From contig OZ365110.1 of the NCBI GenBank assembly GCA_977030845.1, forward strand, positions 25,482,001 through 25,546,000: a stretch of 64,000 nt of DNA, in the 5' to 3' direction. Below are positions 44,392-58,700 of this stretch, one piece after another. Below the pieces are notes generated by a model that made no database searches, was not told where the DNA came from, and worked only from the letters and a program-made list of their open reading frames with translations. A program made the translations under genes and the position numbers. This stretch comes from Fimbriosthenelais zetlandica (Eukaryota). Every line of letters begins with the position of its first letter. Within the stretch, counting starts at the first letter, position 1.

Positions 44392-45482
44392 GCTATGATA
44401 TCACTCAAAATGAAGCAGTCATTATCACTGGCGCCATCGTCAGCTATGTGTAGACAGTAATATTTCCGCCTGTTACATCTTTTGGAAAGTTTTTTTTATG
44501 TGAACCGTTTGTGTATTGGAGATCATGGCAATACACATCAACAGGATGTCGCAATGCCGACGGAAATAGTATTTTTCTTCATACACTAGGTGGCAGGACA
44601 ATCGATTTTGGCTATCTGTTATTGCCTCTATTTAGGCTATTAAATATAGGCCCTATTCAAAAATATGTGGGGCATCTCTAGGATGGATTTAGTTGCAGCC
44701 TAATTTTAACACACAATACTGGTATAGAATACAATATCAACCAGGAGATAGATAATGGTCTAGAGGAAAAATCAAACGCAAAAGATTATTACCTGGTATG
44801 TAAGAAATATACTATCAGCCATATGTCATCTCTATGAGCTCTTAAAATAATCTAAGGCCTATCTACTAGTAAGCTTCAGCGTGGAATCCTCAAGATAACT
44901 CTTACAAATGTTCAAGATATTGATAAGTGTAGGCCTACCGTACCAAGTATCAAAAGTTCTCTCAGGACTTTTTGTCCAGATGATATGGAGTTCGGTATGT
45001 CATGATAACAATTCAAAAAATCGCAAAATATTAAATGCCAGGCATTGCAGCCTAAAGGTTTAATTTGCATCATATTTGATATCGCAAATGGTCAAGTAGA
45101 CATACTTATATTTTATGTATAATTTCATGAATTCTTCATTAGGCTACCGTCCTTTTTTCCTTTGTTATATTTATTTACATGTAGGTCCTAACTTCTAACG
45201 CTCGTAAAACTCGTTAAAATTACAATCTTGCATACGCGGTATGTCGCTATATAATGACACATGCTCCACACCTGGCAGTTTCCCAAGTTACCAGCTCCTA
45301 TATGCAATCATATCATATGTACCAGGTATAATTATTGTATACATGTACTCTAACTATTGGCATCATTCTTCAGTTTTCCATGTGAGACATAGGCCTATAT
45401 AGCCTACCGGTATGCATAATTATACTAGGCTGCAGGCAGGCCTATATTTCAACTGTTACGGTACGGTAGCCTAATTGTTGGA

Positions 45483-45509
45483 GGGGGGGGGGGGGGGGGG
45501 GGGGGGGGG
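45483..45509 (+). repeat. G27 homopolymer; similar tracts are C16 at 47835-47850 and G21 at 55637-55657
   Basis: Counted directly from the sequence. Confidence 0.95.
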
Positions 45510-46729
45510 TATGATGTTCGGATACGATGATAGGCACAATGATTACACATTCAAAACAAACATCTGTACATAGTAGGCCTCAACCGCATGGTCGAAGTTT
45601 GTTACCAGTACCGTAGCCTCGTGCTCAGTCATAGATCCCCCCCTCCCCTAAATTTGAAACTGTGGGCGGGCTCGGATCAGATATAATGGTCATGGACACT
45701 GCTCACACATGATGATCATGACATCAATTCTGGGTGATAAATAACATAAGCTTACACTCTGTGGCGACACAATATCATCCGGACTAAAAGCCTGGAGATA
45801 GACACCTTGATGGGGGCAACTGGCTGTCCCTTCCCTCTCAGAAGTGCTTCTTTTTCTACCCGCATTCACCATCTTTAACACGGCCAAGTCCCAGGCCAAG
45901 GATTGTCCACCCGTTGTTACTTTACTTATCCTGTCTTACAGTCATCCTGGTACGGCATATTTTCTTTCCGGGAGAATATCTGAGTTTTTATAATGTTCAA
46001 TAAGATTTTCATTTAATGTCCGTTCCGTTATAAAGAGAAATCAACAAACTGGGGAGAGCATAGAAGAGTGCACAGGAGATTCAGCAAGCCTACTGAGCGA
46101 TAATTCAAGGAAGCGGAAGTAATAGAGTAACTCTTCATGATTTCAGTGGAGGTAGAAAACCTGTTTTCCGGTTTGAAGCCCGATGTTTGTTTACATTCGT
46201 CTCGCGGCAACGTGCAGGTGCTTGTAGGCGGGTACCAAGTGTGACAGGGTTGGAATGTGAGAATAAACAGATTAAATACAACCCTATTTGGCAGATAATT
46301 CGCTTTTTCCGCCAGGTTACAAAATATGGACATCTAGCAAAAGGTAGGCCTAGTAATATGAATCTAAATATCTTTTTCTTGGTTTCTTGGCGGTATAGTC
46401 TATTTGTTTTACTTCAGTAACGTGTTAGGTTAAATTACTGGTACCGTACCGACTACTGCCGAGGAGTGGTACCGGTAAATTAATTTTAAAAGAATGAAGT
46501 GTCTTCCCCTGTCCCTTACCGGTATTAAATTAATACCTACCGAATTAAGGCCTAGTCTCCATTTTTTAAAATATATTTGACATTATCTAGGACTGGTATT
46601 AATAATTAATACTAGATCTACCGGTAGTCCTAGTTTGTAAACACTTAGTTGTTTCTATAGAACTATATATTTATATTAATGATGTTGACAAACATGTATT
46701 TTATTTTTTGATATCTGATAGTGAAGAAG

Positions 46730-49700
46730 ATGGAGAGAGCCAAAGTGAGCCCCATCCGTCGTCGGCGTTTATCCACGACACAAGATGATTTGGATAATTC
46801 ATTTACAGAAATGAGAATACCTCATCACAGTTTCTCTAAACAACGCCTCTTCGACCAAGATTACCTGAAAGAACGAGAGGTAAGATAAAAATGCTAAATT
46901 GGGCCTAGATATCTCAAGCAGACCTTTCCGCTTAGCTTTTCTAAAAATCATGTGTCGTCCAATTTTGCTTGTTTGCCAATCATTTTTAAATGCACGAGCT
47001 TGAAAAAATAACATTAAAATATATCTATCTCTGGTAGTGGCTTTTCCCTCATCATCAGCAGACGCAACACTTCATCCAAGTTTAGAAATTGGTCTCCTCA
47101 ATTTAGAATTTTAAGCTTATCTTTAAACGATACAGATCATTTGATTTTTAGCACAAAATCTATGTGTAATTTATTCGATATAGTTTATGTACCGGGTACA
47201 TACATAGGCCTACATGTATAATACTAATTAATAGTTTCCTGATCAGAAGGGAGAAAATTGAATTATTTTCTTTTAATATCAATGACTATTTCAGCACACC
47301 AAACAAGTATGTGTTTTCTAGCTATTTTCTAGGTGACAGCCGGGAGTTGGGTTACCACATAATTATATAATATTACCAGATTCCATGTTTGTCTGAGTTT
47401 CCCATTAAACACTAAAGTTATGTGGAAAGGAGATTTGATACTTTCATTTTGCATGCGAGTGTTGAAAAAATTTATATAAGTTTTGAATAATAAGGTCCAG
47501 GACGGGCATTTTTCATATTAATAATGTATAACTCATTATTATTGACCATGAACTTCATAATAACAAACCACGCGAGGATCGGTATTGATATATAGGGCCC
47601 TTGCATGTTTCTCTTGCCTTTTGATAGGTCTTTGATAACTGCCTTTTACAATATCTCTTGAAACCAGTCATATCTACCGGTATAATACCTCAGCTTACCC
47701 ATAATTTTGTCTTACAGAATAACATCTACCCTTTTCCCTTAGCAGAGTTTTCTGGAGACCCCTGTTTTGGAGTCCCAATAGTTACCTCTCCCCAGAGAAA
47801 ATATTTTCCAAGACTATGACTCAATTACTGCACACCCCCCCCCCCCCCCCATCTCCCACACACATACACTTATTTTCAACTGGAATTCCCAGTTCCCACA
47901 TCTCCAGGAACTCCCGTTAACCCTCCTTCATTAACATTTTCTAAAGACAGCCTTTCTCTCCAGCTACAGGGCGTATTCTATTAGTTACGTGCAACCAGCA
48001 ATAGGCCACCTGCATGTAGGTGCAGGTCAAGCACATGGCATTTCCACTCTAAGTCTAAGGCTTTAAGACCGTTTGTTTTTCAATAATATATTTTTTATTC
48101 ACCTGATACAATAAAACTAACTTGTTGTTTCTTCACTGTACTGTCTTTTAAAACATTTTCCTATTTCATCTATTGCCAGCTGTCTCGAATAATAACTGTC
48201 TGGTGTTGAGATATGTCATATGGTCGTGGGAATCCACGCCTTGCCAGGTGATTATAATCATGCAAAAGTGGACAATATTTCTAAACAATGGAATACCATA
48301 CATAACCTATCAATCAACTCTGAATAGATGATTTTTCTACCTCAAAAATAAACTGAACTTTTAAATTTAAACATGAAAAAGGCCACAATCCCTGAAATAA
48401 GCACCCTGGAAAATGATTAAAAACATATAAAGCGGTGTAGGAATACATCAGGATTGGAACGACTGGCAGAAAATGGAGTTCATTCATTTACAAATTAATG
48501 AAGAACCGACTGGAGAATGATTTCCTGTGACGTATCAGATCATTAAATGATTTAAATATTCGGAGAAAAAGACCAACAAAAATGGCCAACAAAAGAAGCA
48601 TGGTGACGCCCTTGATGGACACATTTCTGATGAGTGAAGACAATCTTATCTTGTCTTCACGAAAGGAAAAATTTGGCTTCAAACTTACAACAATGGATTC
48701 ACTCAGTGATGCTTTTATCAGCCAATTTAGACAAGTGAGTCAATGAGAAATTATAGGCCACTACATATTTATATCTCACCTATACTTGGATCTAATGATT
48801 CAGTCCATTCACAAAATGCATGCAGCATGTTGTAAAATGTACTCTTGGTAGACCTTTACTGATTTACAGCTCCGAGTTTCACATGAAGCTAAACACAAAA
48901 ACATTTAATATAACGTTGTAAAACTTCACATCGTACATATTGTACATATTGCCATTGTTTGTTACACATCTTGTCAGGCGTCCGTGGCATAGTTTTTAAA
49001 TAGTTTATACATTGTCATATTACTATAATATATTTTTTTCTGATTTCTTCTGATATCGACTATATGTTTTATTATTCCAATATTTGCCTCGTGTCTATGC
49101 ATGTACATTTTTATGAAGCATTTCTCATTTCCATTCCTGTATTAGCTTTGAGATTTTAAATACTATCCTTGGATCTCTATTATACAGTATGTACAAAAAG
49201 GCATGTTATAACAGCACTCTTTAACAAACTTTATTTATATTTTGAATGCATGTGTTTTGAATTTGGTATTGATTTACACAAGAACTTGATAATCCTCCCC
49301 TATCATATAAAATTTCAGCAGATTATATGGAATAGATATTCTATACATTGATAAATTCCAATATTTTGTTTTTATCCCATAAATATATTTTAAGTAGAAG
49401 GTAATGTTGCTGACAATTATTATATTTTTTTCAGCAAAGGCAAGAAGCGCTGACGCAGTACATTCAAGAGTATATCCACAGGAAAGAATGTATTAATTAT
49501 ATCCCCAAGAAAGACCCCAAACGAAAACCAGATGACCCTGTAAAGTAAGTAAAAAAAATGTTTAATTCATTTTTTACCTAATGAATCTGTTATTGGGTTT
49601 CCTGTCATATTCAGTTTCAGTCAGTTCTTCACCTTCAATTTTGCTTGTTTTCTCACCACCAGGTGTCATTGTGGGGAGGTGGCAGAAAAACACATTAAGG

Positions 49701-52700
49701 GTACAGCTGGTGTCACAGAATTCTTCCAGGAGGACGCCATACAGAGTCTTCGTGCTTTACGTCAACGTGAGTTTTGTTTCCATGGAAACCACTTCATCTG
49801 TAATTTCTTCCATTCTTTCATTACTTCCTGCCTTCCCTCCCTTCCTTGAAGACATTTACATTTATTACAAATCTATAATATATATATATCTATATATATT
49901 ACAATAAATTAATGGATTATTGGTTGATATTGTTCCAGCTGCTGGGGGTCAATTCATCTCTGCAGAGACCACCGCCACACATGAGTGGAAGGACTGGAAG
50001 CCAGAGACGGGTATCAGAGAATTCCCCACTAATGGCTTTGGCAAGATCTCTTTTGTTAATGAGGGACTTGGCGGTCATAAACCATCCAAGGTCGGTTATA
50101 TGAATTTATTATGTCCTAGTAAATAGATACGGTACCACGCAGTTAATATAGAAATAATTTAGTCAATATTGGTAGGCCTAACCTATACATATTTTATTAA
50201 TATTCGTTAATCAATCAGCTGAAGCAAACTGATGTATATACCATATAGTATGATTTATGGTTTTAAAGTAATTCTAATTTTGATAATTTTTCAATAATTT
50301 TAATACAGATATCTTAAATTACAGTTCATCAGGATGGCAGACAACACACCCGTTGAGTTTATTTTGGATCTCATGCTGGATCATTGGCGTATGTTTCACC
50401 CTAAACCCGCACATCTGGTCATCACCGTTATTGGTGGTGCTAAAAACTTCAAGCTCGACGGAAAGAAGAAAGTTGTCTTCAACAGGGGTCTCGTGAATGT
50501 AAGAATGAACATCCGTGATACGATGGTCTCCAATGTGTCTTTTACATAACTTATTATGTAATATTATGTACTATCTTCTGGTAATTGAATAAGGTTCCTG
50601 ACACCTTTAAATAATGCGATATATTAACTCGGAGGTGTGAATTAGTTGATAATACCTTATAATATTACTTATCTCCCTTACAGGCCGCCACCACGACTAA
50701 CGCCTGGATTATCACAGGAGGATGTAACATGGGTGTGATGAAAGCTGTAGGTGAAGCTGTCGCTGAGGGACAAAGTTATACCTGGGATCACTTGGGTATG
50801 ACTCACTCATTACGATGTATTGGCATAGCACCATGGGGCTATGTCGAGAGGCGGGAAGCCCTAGTACACAAAGATGGAGGGGTAAGTTTTTTTTAATTTC
50901 CCATTATGTCGCACAGTAATACACACTAGCGGTCGTCCGGGTATTGGTCGGTCGAGACTGTCTACAATAAAAACCATACATTAATACACGCGTACTAGTG
51001 TGTTCTGCCCCTTTAGGTGAATCAAATTCATTTCGTTAAAGAAAAAACATGAGATGATGGTTTTAAGTTATATTTTTGTCTTTGCTTTATTCAGGGTTCT
51101 TGGAACGCTAGTTACAAAGTAAACAATGTGATACGTCATGGTCACCCAGTGTCACTGAACGCTGATCATACTCACTTCCTGTTGGTGGATGATGGCCATA
51201 GGGGGCGCTACGGCGGAGTCTCAGATTTCCGGGCGTCCCTTGAAAGAAAAATCTCACTTCCCAAGGAACCTGCCAATGGGCAAGGTAGGCCTAGAACTGT
51301 TCTATATAACTTGGATGCAAGCTTCCAGAAAGAACTACGATTGTGACTGGTTCTCCATGGCCTATTCTGTTCTCATCTATTCTATTCACATCCTGCAGAC
51401 GCTGGCCTAGGTGTTCCTGTCGTCTTACTGGTTGTTGAAGGCGGATATGACGCAATCATTGACGTCAGGAAGTCACTGAAGCAGCGAATCCCAGTGGTGA
51501 TCTGTGAAGGTACAGGACGTGCAGCAGACATCATAGCTTATGCCTTCAGGCACTTCATTACTACCAGGCAGTAAGTATAACGATTTGTTTTTTAAAGTCT
51601 TAGGCATCATACATTAGGTAGACAATATAATTGAAACTCTTGGCAGGGTTCTGTCGATTCTGGACTTTCAGATCGAGTCCTGGTTCTACATCTAGAGGTG
51701 CTAGCCTACTCGCTTTGGCAAGCGTTATACATGTATATATCTGTTCTGGGCTCAAACTTTTGAGGCCTTGGCAGGCTTAATATTGAATTCCTGCTAGTGG
51801 TGGCTTGAGCTTTCGGCTGGCATTCTGTTCTGGATTCAGATTTCAGAGGAGGCTCTGTCAGGGGTCTTTTTCGGGCAGAGGTTTCCTTTCCTGTAGTCTA
51901 ATTTCAGAGGATGTGTCAGAAGACTTTCTCTTCTGGACTCTTTTGGAGGTCTTGCATGGTAGCCGCTATCATAACTTCCATAGTTAAATTGATTTTACTA
52001 ATTGCAGAGGAGAGCGGGTGATGAAAAGCCGCCACCAAAATGTCTTAGAGGATAAGTTAAGGGCAGCCTTTGGTAAAACGTGGTCACAGCGTGGAGATGA
52101 GACCAAAGAGACGGACAAATTCATGAAAATTGTCATAGAATGCTGCCAGGATGACAAACTGGTGAGTTCCTTTAAGATTTTATCCACTCTCATAGCACCT
52201 CCTGAAAAAATAGTTGCAAGTGCAGATAATCATCAAGAATGGTTTTCAGAGTTTCTGTTTGAATTTTCACATGAAATATTCCCTTTCTTTAGATCACAGT
52301 GTTTGACATGAATCGTCATGAAGATCTAGATTTAGCCATCCTCTCAGCTCTTCTCAAAGGTAAGGACTTTCAAGCTTTTTCGTAACAATGTGAAGTTCTT
52401 TTGTAAAGTTAATTCTGTTTTCCTTGTTAGAACAAAACATACATATATGTTTACAGTTATGTGTTTTCATGAAATGAGTCCAAAATCGCTAAAATGGATT
52501 TGGACTCTTTTCATGAAATCGCATCACATATTTGGTATTAATTTAGGTGAGTTAGATTGGTTTCCCCTGTTTTGATTGTCAGGTCAGGGAGCAGAGAATC
52601 CTTCACAGCTCCGAGACCAGCTCAAGTTGGCGATCACATGGAACAGATCGGACGTGGCAGAGGAGAAAATCTTCAATGACCAAATTACATGGCCAAGTGG

Positions 52701-55700
52701 TGAGTTATATAAAACTACCCGAATACATGTGTCTCCTTCAGGACGCTCCTCTGATCAAGATAGCAGTTAAATAGTGCAATGATTTATTTACTGAATACTG
52801 GAGGAATTTTACTGAGTGTCTGGTACAAATTTCAGGTTTCCTGGACGATATAATGACTCAGGCATTGATAGAGGACAAAGTGGACTTTGTTCGCCTCCTC
52901 CTACAAAACAGTGTCGTAATGTACGAGTACCTGACTGTGCCAAAACTCCGCAAACTTTATAACTCTGCTCCCAAAATGTCCCACCTCCGTGACCAGCTGA
53001 CGAGGTATGCCCACTACAACCCACACTGCTCGGTCTTCATGCTTCAAGACGTACACAGGTTGCTCAGAAAACTGTTAGGTAAACACATGGACGACCACTA
53101 TAAGAATGACAATGATGTGGCGGCCGTGATGAGAAATGAGGAGTCATACTCAGGACCACCAGACAAACTCTACTTCCCCAAACCCTTCAGGGAGCTTTTC
53201 TTGTGGGCGGTGCTTATGAACAGGTAGGCCTGGGTTATTTTCAATGAATTGCACATGTTCAGGCGTTAACTGATTTTAGTTAGGAAATTCAATTCATAAT
53301 TGCTTTCGATTGCAAAAAATTCTTTTAGAAAAACTTTACATTTTTGGCATCAAATTGTTGGTATGCTATATAGCTAATGTTGATGAAAATACCGTTCTTA
53401 TGCAAAGGGTGGAGTGATTAAAATTGTGTTATAAATCCCATTTTGATCTATCAGACAGGAAATGGCTAAGTTCCTATGGGAGAGAGTGGGTGAATCCATC
53501 CCATCTGCTATAGCTGCCAGTAAAATCTACGATGCTCTGGCCAACTCTGTTCTTCAGTATGATTCAGAGCTGGTTTTCACCTACAAACAAAATAAAAAGT
53601 AAGATAAAAGTTTGGAGCTTGTCTTGCATCCTTGTTTTAGAGAGAAGTATTAAGGAACTGATTCGTTTGTAATTTTTCCCACCATTAATTTTCAGTGAGT
53701 TTGAAAGTCTGGCCATCTGTGTATTAGAAGAATGTCAGAACACAGACCCAGAAAAGGCGGCCTTCCTCATAGAGAGAAAATATAACAACTGGGGAGATCT
53801 CAGCTGTCTCCAAATGGCTGCTGCTGCAGATGACAAGGTCTGACATGTTCTTTATCTAATCTATGGTTCGTCAAATGTCTCCCTAATGATGGTAATGACT
53901 ATGAGAAGACCGATGCGCCGATGTGAAATCTATATTTGATTACCGGTATGGGAAGTCAAATGAGCCAATAATTGATCATGCGAAATGAAATATGGGCCTA
54001 TTATAATTGACGATGAGAAGTGAAATGGGCTTATTATAATTGACGATGATTAGTGAAATAGGCTAAAAATTGAGTATGAGAAGTCAAATTGGCCTATAAT
54101 TGAATATTAAAAGTCAAATTGGCTCATAATTGAATATTAAAAGTCAAATTGGCTCATAATTGATTATGAGAAGTCAAATGGGCCTATAATGAACTACGAG
54201 CAGTCGAATGTATTTAAACAATCAGAAGTGAAGAGATCATTACTGTCATTTAATGTGTTGCCAATCAATAAGCTAGGACTACATCCATCCCTGTTTGTTC
54301 AGTGAACCCCATCCTCATTTATGTTTTGTTTTTCAAGGAATTCCTGTCCACAGTTTGCTGTCAAAATTCACTGAACCTGATGTGGAAACGTGGCATCACT
54401 TCCGGATGGCCTAAAGTAAGTGGGGAATCAATGAATTTTGCATATGTCTGGATCAAAAATACTTTTAGGGAGTATTTGTGAGGATTTTTGAAGGATTTTA
54501 ATGAATGACCCTTTTAATTCGTTTCAAGATGGTAACCTGTCTCTTGTGCTTCCCACTCATCTTTTGCTGGCTGCGTTTCCAGCGTTATGGCGATAAGAAG
54601 CTAACGCTGAGTCCACTAGAGAAACTAGTGGCTTTCTACCGAGCTCCATGTGTCAAGTTTACTGCCAATGTGGTGAGTTAATTAATCCCATTTCCCCTTT
54701 ATGGGGAAAATGGGGTTGTAGATTTTGTGCTCGTTGTTCTACACTATTATTTTTTTTTTTTTTATTATTGTTGTAGTTAGACAAGTGATGAAAAACGGGT
54801 TTATATTAGAGCTAGGAATCTGGTTTTCACACATATTGTAGACCATAGTAAGAAATGGCCACATGTGATGAATGGATGTCGTACGTCATCAAATGACGTC
54901 GTCACATGACGTCACAAAACCAGCCAAATGTGTGAAATTTGATTGTAATTTTTCTGGACCTATGAGGACCTACAATAAGATGAATGGTATGTAGTGTATA
55001 GATACATGATGGATTATATGTTGACCTACATATTTGACCTTTGACCTAATAAGTTACCTGGAATTAGGTCAGGGGGATGAAATCACTTAAAATCAATCTC
55101 CTCCCTGGTTGTTATTGTGAGAAAAAAAGCACTTAGTACATGAGTTACCCTTGGGTGTTATTTATAAGGTGGTCATTTTTTTTTTGTTTATTTTCATGAC
55201 AAAACATGATGTAACAATGATGTAAAAAATAATTAACCCAATATTTTTAGTTTATTCAATCCAGCAAGTTTATTTTTAAAGATAGAGCTTGGAATGAATT
55301 AGATAAATGAAAGTACATAAAATGACCTGTTGATACCTATATTGCATTATGTATTCCACTCATAAGTTGATTTGTTATGAATTTTTTAATATTTTCCATT
55401 TTGGTCAATATTTTCATGTTTTTTTCACTGTGGCAAGTTTATTTTTAAAGATAGAGCTCAGTATGTATTAGACAAAAATAGACCTTTGCATACATGTATT
55501 GCATTATGCAGTCCAGTAATTTCTTCTATTTATACATTTCAATATACAAAATTTAAGACAAAGGTCAAGGTCACTTGGAGCTAGGGGATCAAGGTAGCAC
55601 CTGCAGCAGCCCCTCGCCCTCCACTGGCCACTTGGAGGGGGGGGGGGGGGGGGGGGGTCAGGATTATTGGAGAGAGACTTGCCTAAGTCTTTCTTTCATT

Positions 55701-58700
55701 AATCCTATTTTTTAATTGAACTGTTCAGTGAATAACTCTGCTGGTCAATCATAACAATGACCTCTATTTAATGAGAAGATTGATTGCAAAATGAAATGTT
55801 CAGCTTCTTTTGAATGAAAGCAATGAAACATCTCTGGTAATTGAAGCATTTGAGTCCACATGTAACAGTGAAACTTATATGCCTCTTGTGGCACTGAGAC
55901 AATTAAGTTAAGTATAAAATAGAGAATATCTGAATCTACAATTTATAATACATATCCAAAGTTTAGTTGTGTTCTCTCATATTTAAAAACATCAGCCTGA
56001 AATTGATTACTTTGACACAATAAGTGATTATCCAAAAGAATAAAGAATAAATATAGCCAAGGGGTTTGTGGTCAAGTCTAGGGGGGTGACTCTAAATGGT
56101 GAGTGTATGCTTAGAGGTCTCTGTTGCCATGGTAGCAGGTCGGCTGTGTGGGTGCAGGACTGGAGGATTAGTCGGGCCGTGTTTTGACAGTAATTAAGTA
56201 GGTCTAGTACAGCTTCCTTGCTTAGAGACAAGAGTGTAGAAAGAAGTTTGAAAATGTTCACTTTACACATAGTGGAATAGGAATTACTAAAAGATGGATT
56301 TAGGTGTGGAGTTGGTGTCTATGGGCCTAGAACTAAAGATTTTACTTTTTCTATGTTTGGAAAGCACTTAGTCCTTGCCTGAGGAATTATGTCAAAAAAT
56401 TAATTTTTGAAATATTTAAATTTATTTTAACATAGAGTAACAGGCATTAAGAAGCGATGGATTTATATATTATTAAGTTTTTAGGTTTTTAAGGTTTTAT
56501 GTAGGTTTTTTGGTACTCATCTATGATTTTCAGTCTACCTCTCAATACACATTTTTCTCTCACAGAGGGTCTTTGTTATGTACACAGGTTTTAGGGTGAT
56601 TGTATTTGGCGACCTTGACAGGAGGTAGATAATTGCCTTCAGTCTATTCCTATAAATTAATTCTATAATTATATTCTATATGAATCATCAACTGAATACT
56701 TGATCTCTAAAGATAAACGCTGCCTGATTTAACGAGGTTTATCATTGAGGTGTGAGGATGTCTAGTAAAACTCCTGGGTATGTCATGATGATATTATAAT
56801 GGCTTAGTGGAGTTTTAAACCTTAGTCTGGCAGGGGAAATGGGATTATTAATGATTACTGGTAACATCATGGCTAGTTTTAAGTGAAATGGAATCCCCAC
56901 TCCAACCTTTTTACAGTAAAACATCCATAACTTTCTTGCCAAATTGTCGAAAGGGAAGCCAGATGACACGTAACGTGCCAAGATGTTCCTTTCCTCTCTG
57001 AAATGTCAAATGTGTCCATATTTCGATGAACCATTTTTTTCAGGTAATGTACATGGTGTTTCTACTGGTCTACTCCTACATGCTCTTGTTTGAGTTCAGA
57101 CCAGAAATCCGTCCGCTGGAAATACTCACTCTCTTCTGGATTGGTACTTTCTTCCTGGAAGAAATGAGGGAGGTGAGTCTTGTTCTAAATTTCACAGAAT
57201 TTCTTTGGGAACCTGGAAATCTACTACATGTATTTGTTATTAAACTGACATAACAATGGCCTGTTTCTGTCTTATTTAAGATGATGTTCAGCTCACCCTC
57301 AGACCGCTTGAAGGAGCGTGTGTATGACTGGTGGCATTTCTCGTTTTTTAACCGTGTAGACTTGGTGATCCTGCTGGTGGCCATTATTGGGGTGGTCCTC
57401 CGTTTTGTACCTTTTTCTAATTCATTTATCGTTTCTAAAACGTTTTACACCATCAACTGTGTCCTCTTCTTCATCCGCCTGCTTAGAGACTATACGGCCA
57501 GTGCTTACCTGGGGCCTAAACTCGTCATGATCACCAAAATGGTAAGTCATTTTTAATCTTTATATAGCTCAGTTATTTTATTTATTGCATATATGAGGCT
57601 AATATGAATATCAAGGCTATGGTCTTCTTTCTGTCGGATCGAAGTTGAAAGAACAGTATTTTAGTGCAATTAGATTATTTGCAGATGAAGGAACTAATGT
57701 TCTATGTGGGGATTCTCATCGTTTTTCTCCTGGCTTACGGTGTATCCATCAACGCTGTAATGTTCCCTATAAGAGATGTTTACCCTAACATCCTAAAGGA
57801 TATTCTCTACTACCCTACCTGGCAAATCTCGGGTGAACTCTACCTGGAAGAATTAGAAGGTAGGTACACTTAAATCCGAATTTGTCTGTGGTTATTGAAA
57901 TATTCTTCCACATAAGAACTCCTAAATATACGCATAAACCTAAATTTAATTTTATTTTTCATCAATATTAGGGACCTCTCCAGAATGTACCTATGTAAAT
58001 GGGACTAAGATGAAGAGTAATGGAGAACTCTGCCCTGAGTTTAACTCACTTGTTCCCCTCCTCACTGCTGCCTACCTCCTCATGGGTAATGTGCTACTGC
58101 TCAACCTACTCATCGCCATCTTTACGTGAGTCTACACTTTGTAATTAACAGTTAAAAAGCCATATAATTCTCGTGATACACTCGTAACAATACAGTGTTA
58201 TCTCACTACGGTAGTAATTCCTACGAAATCTATATGATTTGGGTCAGGAGAACCTATTTTTCAACAATTCAGTATTGAATAATTGTTTTCTTCAGGAACA
58301 TTTTTGACGAGGTGCAGGCCAACTCGATGCAGATCTGGAAATATGGCATGTATTTCCTGGTTGTGGAGTATGAAACTAAACCAGTGTTAGCTCCGCCTTT
58401 CATCATTATTGAACACGTCATCAGATCCATTAAATTTCTCATCACCAGCAGCTGTTGTGTCAAGAAGAAAAAACGTAAATACCTCACTATATTCTCCGTG
58501 TTTGCAGGCAATTGCTTCGTTCTGGGATTTAGTAAATTTTTCCCTTTGTCCACTACATACTTATTGGCCCACTGAGTTACACAAAACTGAAAATTTTTAA
58601 GAAAGCCCAGTTGGATAAAAGAGTCTTTAGCCTCCATATATAGGCCTAGTAATTAGTCAAATTGAGTATTAAAGAAATAAATAGAGATTTATTGTTAGAG

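Noticed and set aside
53950-54209. Regularly spaced ~29-bp repeats as a CRISPR-like array
   Set aside because: They are head-to-tail degenerate units with no unique spacers, in a eukaryotic intron, so they are a minisatellite.
56742-56981. Antisense intronic ORF of 79 aa in TRPM intron 16
   Set aside because: It has no homology cues or splice support, and its length is expected by chance.
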